Below the pieces are notes generated by a model that was not told where the DNA came from, did no database searches, and was given only the letters and a program-made list of their open reading frames with translations. Source: an uncultured bacterium (GTDB lineage Bacteria > Babelota > Babeliae > Babelales > Vermiphilaceae). From it: DNA of 64,000 bases. Below, one piece after another: positions 60,262-64,000 of this stretch. The translations under genes were made by a program, and so were the position numbers. Location: contig OY970172.1 of the NCBI GenBank assembly GCA_963707655.1, positions 896,001 through 960,000 on the forward strand, given 5' to 3'. Position 1 is the first letter of the stretch, and the number at the start of each line of letters is the position of its first letter.

Positions 60262-61236
60262 TTATTCTTTTGCTCCGTGTTTACGCAAGAGCAGTTCAAT
60301 TGCGGTATGTTTGCCCAGAAGCGCTTGTTGCAAAGGAGAGCCGGTGGCGGGATCAGGTATGGTGTCAATACGTGCACCCGCATTAAGAAGTGCTTGAACC
60401 ATTTCTTTGTTGTCATTCATAATGGCTTGGATCAAAACTGTTTTTTTACTATGTACCATCTCAAGATCGGCACCACATTTTTTTAAGAGCGGTATGAATA
60501 GCGTTGATTTGTTTTGCGTAACTACCCGCCAGAGCAGCTCATTTGCCATTGTCGACGAAACGGGAACCCCATTTTGCACCATCAGATCAAACTTATCAAC
60601 ATTATTTTTGGCTATGGTGTAATACAATGCATTGTCGATTATTTTTTTGTGCAGGCCAGCATATACGGTTTCATTATTTTTTGCCCATGCAAGCAGGGTT
60701 GGGATTATTTGCGCATATAGTGGCGAAGCGGCAACAAAAAGAATTGGCATATTGCTAGAATCTATAAAGTGCTGCTTGTTAATGAGAAAAATATTGAACA
60801 ACGCGGATCGCTCCTGTAGAGAGTCATAGTTGAGCGCAAGAGCTAAAACAAGTTGGACTTTGCTCTCGTGACGCAAGAGATTCTCTTTATCTTCTATCAA
60901 CTGTTCTGCTTGTATTGCAACAGACTCAACCGGGTTATTTTTCATTATTTCGGCTATTTGCTGAATATTGTTTGCCGCGATGAGCGGGCTAATATATTTT
61001 TTTAGAGAATTTATATTGTCTAAAACAAGTGTAGTTGTTTGATCTGTCATGTCTTGTGGTTGTAAAAGTGGCGGTGGTGGCAACAAAGATTGTTCACCGG
61101 TTTCAGTATCTATGTGTGTTTGTGTCGTGATTGTTTCTTGTTTGATGCCATGCAAAAAAGATATGACACCACTAATTACAAACAATGAGCTTAAGACTAC
61201 TATAATTTCAGTATACCGATGATGTTTACCAGACAT
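60262..61236 (-). CDS. Membrane-anchored ankyrin-repeat protein
   Basis: N-terminal TM helix, TVLIQAI...EMVQALLNAGA, SPLQQA...IELLLRKHGA. Confidence 0.8.
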   Translation of the reverse strand: MSGKHHRYTEIIVVLSSLFVISGVISFLHGIKQETITTQTHIDTETGEQSLLPPPPLLQPQDMTDQTTTLVLDNINSLKKYISPLIAANNIQQIAEIMKNNPVESVAIQAEQLIEDKENLLRHESKVQLVLALALNYDSLQERSALFNIFLINKQHFIDSSNMPILFVAASPLYAQIIPTLLAWAKNNETVYAGLHKKIIDNALYYTIAKNNVDKFDLMVQNGVPVSSTMANELLWRVVTQNKSTLFIPLLKKCGADLEMVHSKKTVLIQAIMNDNKEMVQALLNAGARIDTIPDPATGSPLQQALLGKHTAIELLLRKHGAKE

Positions 61237-61312
61237 ATATCTCCTTTATTGTTCCAATATTGGTATGAATATAGGGTACCGGTTTTATGAGATAAAAGGC
61301 AAAGGATATTTT

Positions 61313-62077
61313 TTATCGATAGAGAGAGCGCATGATGCCGGCAAAAAGAGCGCCGGCCTGTATGGACCGCAATATGGTGGGGGTAAGAGCGCAAAAAACA
61401 AATTTATGAGAAATAAGTTCCGCTTTTTCTTGCTCGCTTAAATCCCCTTCAGGGCCAATCATGAGCGCGAGAGAATTGCTTTGTTGTTGTGTTGCGGGTG
61501 TTTGTATGAGACTTGCAAGACTGATGCCTTCAGGATCGGCATAGAGTTTTGTTGATGATGCAGACAATTGACTAATCGCCTGCGCAAGTGATTGCGGCTC
61601 GTGCAGAGAGGGAAAAGAATAATTTTTTGATTGCTCCGCAGCAGAGATAATGATTTTTTGAAGGCGCTCGTACTCGCTTTTTCCCGCCCAGGAGCGTTGT
61701 ATTTTTGCAGTTTTTATCAATTGAATGTCACTTACTCCCAATTCAACGAGTGAATAAACAATCGTCTCAAGAGCATCACGCTTTAAAAGGGGAAGCAAAA
61801 AGGTGATTGGTGGCGTGAAGATATTATTTTTTTTGCAATCAATTACGCTAATAATACAACTTTTTTTAGTTATCGTTTTTATGCTGCATAACGCGTGATG
61901 GGCGCGGTCAAATACAGTCAAGGATTCGCCGCTGGCAAGACGCAGTACGTGCGTGATGCGATGCACCGTCTGTTCGTTGGTGATTATTAGTTCTTGGCCG
62001 CTTGAATTAATTTCAATGGAGCGGGAAAGGTTGTCTAGGTATAGAGCAAATTCATGCTTGCTGTTGCTGCTGTTCAT
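61313..62077 (-). CDS. rsmE: 16S rRNA m3U1498 methyltransferase
   Basis: HVLRL, ELGV, AAEQS, IGPEGD, ILR. Confidence 0.93.
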   Translation of the reverse strand: MNSSNSKHEFALYLDNLSRSIEINSSGQELIITNEQTVHRITHVLRLASGESLTVFDRAHHALCSIKTITKKSCIISVIDCKKNNIFTPPITFLLPLLKRDALETIVYSLVELGVSDIQLIKTAKIQRSWAGKSEYERLQKIIISAAEQSKNYSFPSLHEPQSLAQAISQLSASSTKLYADPEGISLASLIQTPATQQQSNSLALMIGPEGDLSEQEKAELISHKFVFCALTPTILRSIQAGALFAGIMRSLYR

Positions 62078-62375
62078 GATTTTTATTTTGTGTTTTGCGT
62101 TTAAAAACAGTTTTCATTATGGCAATCATGCGCACATATTTTTCTTTGAGATAGCTGTATCCACGAATCAAGGTAACGATAACCGGCGTAGCGAGCCTTC
62201 TTAAAAAAACCTCAATGCGTGAAGGGACTTTTGTCTGAATCGTCTGATCAATCCCGCTCGTTGTCATGGCATTGTCCATTGCATCAAAATCAAAATCAGT
62301 CGCTGATTGGTTGGCAAAGTTGGTGTAAAAGAAAAAGCATAAAAAAGAAAAAAATAACTTTTGTGTTACCTGCAT
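62052..62375 (-). CDS. Hypothetical protein
   Basis: 107-aa ORF with a hydrophobic N-terminus, overlapping the rsmE start. Confidence 0.55.
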   Translation of the reverse strand: MQVTQKLFFSFLCFFFYTNFANQSATDFDFDAMDNAMTTSGIDQTIQTKVPSRIEVFLRRLATPVIVTLIRGYSYLKEKYVRMIAIMKTVFKRKTQNKNHEQQQQQA

Positions 62376-62441
62376 CGCTTGTCTCGCTTTATATAATAAA
62401 AAAGATTTTGATTACCTAGTATATAGCAAGCTCTTGCATAA

Positions 62442-62470
62442 AAAAAGCCGAACTTACTATTCGGCTTTTT
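62442..62470. terminator. Intrinsic terminator
   Basis: AAAAAGCCGAA...TTCGGCTTTTT. Confidence 0.8.
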
Positions 62471-62507
62471 ACGGGTTCAAAAGTTGGTTTGCGACGAGCT
62501 GGGATTT

Positions 62508-63074
62508 TTATGGTTGGTTATCTGGCTGTAGAGCTGCATTAAATTTGCGATCAATTGTATCTTCAGTAGAAAATAACTGGCGACGTGCCGAATTTTGCGG
62601 TTGTTGATCTGTATTGAGTTTTCGAGCAATTTCAGCTTTGTAGCCAGCTTTAGCCGCTTTAATAAGTTTATTTATTTTAAGATTATATGCATTGAGACGT
62701 TTTGGCGGTACCATAACACCATTTTCATCATATGTAATCGGAGCACTATAATCAAAAAGCGCACATAGTTTTGCTGAGGCAAAATCATTATTCTTCATAG
62801 AAATGCGCAGTGTGCGTCGCGTTACTTTATTATTGAATATAGGGTTTTTGCTTCTTTCTCGCGATTGTTGTTCTTCCGGTATATCCAGCAATGTTTTGTT
62901 CGGCTTGGGACGGTGGTTGGTAGCCGACGATTCGCCCATTTTTTCCTCAAGACTTATTGTTGCCAGTGATTCTGTCACTTTCTTGACTTCTGATGTTGAT
63001 GAGCTCGCTTGGTCCATTGCTAAAAGCAGTGTGGGGCTTAAAAGCACCAAAAATATTGTTTTTATGAATTTCAT
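62508..63074 (-). CDS. Exported hypothetical protein
   Basis: MKFIKTIFLVLLSPTLLLA|MD, then a hydrophilic basic body. Confidence 0.7.
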   Translation of the reverse strand: MKFIKTIFLVLLSPTLLLAMDQASSSTSEVKKVTESLATISLEEKMGESSATNHRPKPNKTLLDIPEEQQSRERSKNPIFNNKVTRRTLRISMKNNDFASAKLCALFDYSAPITYDENGVMVPPKRLNAYNLKINKLIKAAKAGYKAEIARKLNTDQQPQNSARRQLFSTEDTIDRKFNAALQPDNQP

Positions 63075-63099
63075 ATGATTCCTAACGGTATTATTTCAA

Positions 63100-63405
63100 T
63101 TAATTGAAATTGTGTCTTTTTTGAGCGATTTTCGTTTTATATTTGCGTATCAGTTTAATGTTCTGAGCAGCTTCGGCGGCTCTCAATTGTGGTTCGAATG
63201 AATTAATTTGACGCTGAAGTTCAAGGTCGCGTACTTGCTCAGACACTTGCTTACAAAATTGCTGAGGAGAAAGTTCTCCCGCCCTTCGTTGGTGAACAAG
63301 ATGCACGATACTTATTGATTTTTTAGGTATTGTTTGGCTATCCATACTCAAAACACACGTGGGTATGAAGGCAAAAAAGAACATTGTTTTGTTTAAATAA
63401 TTCAT
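63100..63405 (-). CDS. Small exported hypothetical protein
   Basis: MNYLNKTMFFFAFIPTCVLS|MD, then a helical basic body. Confidence 0.6.
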   Translation of the reverse strand: MNYLNKTMFFFAFIPTCVLSMDSQTIPKKSISIVHLVHQRRAGELSPQQFCKQVSEQVRDLELQRQINSFEPQLRAAEAAQNIKLIRKYKTKIAQKRHNFN

Positions 63406-63569
63406 GATGACCCCATTTTTCGACAAATTACAAATAAGCTAATTTAATTCTATCACGATTAAGAATATGATCAAGTGAAGGATTCTGTCGTCCAAAGGCT
63501 TGTGGTTTTATGGGTTAAAGGGATTTGGCAAGCGAAAATGACTATGTGCCTGTTCAGCGGCCTTGGCTT

Positions 63570-64000
63570 TTAATTTAAAGGGTTGGGAGTAAAGAAAATC
63601 TGACAATCAAAGTCGAATTTTTTAATAGAAGTAAAAAGCTTTATCAGCTCATTAATATGATGGCTCTTTAAATATATTTTACGCATATGTGCACTTTTTA
63701 TTTTATGCACGGGGGGCTTTGATGGACCCAACAGAGTAACGCTCATTTTTTCTTTTTCGATCATTTCTAGTAATATGTTTGTCAGAGAATCAGCTTCGGC
63801 ATCGATTGTTTGTTCGTTGCTGTGCTTCATTTCAATTTCTGCTAATCGAATACAGGGTGGATACAACACTTCTTGTCGCGTTTCAATTTCTTTATTATAA
63901 AATTCTAGATATCTTTGCTCATTAAGATAGGAGAAAAGTGGGTAATCTGCCATTGTTTGCATTATTACCAAGCTTTCTTGGCTCTGTCTGCCGGCGCGCC
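63570..64000 (-). CDS. priA: Primosomal protein N', C-terminal part (starts beyond the window)
   Basis: GRAGRQ...VIMQT, E..TR..LYPP..RL, LGP. Confidence 0.88.
   Translation of the reverse strand, partial: RAGRQSQESLVIMQTMADYPLFSYLNEQRYLEFYNKEIETRQEVLYPPCIRLAEIEMKHSNEQTIDAEADSLTNILLEMIEKEKMSVTLLGPSKPPVHKIKSAHMRKIYLKSHHINELIKLFTSIKKFDFDCQIFFTPNPLN

Noticed and set aside
1..64000. Alternative genetic code or stop-codon reassignment
   Set aside because: Core genes are full length under code 11, and TGA ends genes at expected positions (rnhB, comM, nrdB)
1..64000. Many 60-165 aa ORFs antisense to or nested in long genes
   Set aside because: They lie within well-supported genes and show no motifs or SD, so they are treated as shadow ORFs
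1..64000. rRNA, tRNA, tmRNA, RNase P RNA, IS elements
   Set aside because: No diagnostic motifs or transposase ORFs recognised by eye. A covariance-model scan could still find small RNAs.

Overview
Ordinary chromosomal window from an AT-rich bacterium that is probably an intracellular associate of protists. The gene style fits Babelota/Ca. Dependentiae (TM6), which is inference only. Housekeeping genes include rpsF, rnhB, ftsY, prmC, mutL, aspS, nfo, infB, nusA, mutY-like, comM, acpS, alaS, nrdAB, hppA, murE, yqgF, tsaB, rsmE and partial priA. They are interleaved with many signal-peptide-bearing orphan genes. Main observations: (1) A probable oriC at about 24.85-25.17 kb, with nine exact copies of a non-canonical DnaA box (TTATCCACCA), DnaA-trios and an AT-rich unwinding element, and no dnaA in the window. 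(2) A tandem array of five paralogous exported proteins with a hydrophobic hairpin at 4.4-7.3 kb, just upstream of pilM/pilN-like genes. (3) A recurring Met-Asp/Met-Glu motif right after predicted signal peptides. (4) A candidate effector with Skp1/BTB-like, WD40, coiled-coil and C-terminal CaaX parts. (5) A Chlamydia-type class Ic ribonucleotide reductase flanked by exported thioredoxins and NrdR-like boxes. (6) A frameshifted comEC and two other pseudogenes. (7) A 57-aa zinc-ribbon gene absent from the ORF track. No rRNA, tRNA, CRISPR array, IS element or prophage was recognised.
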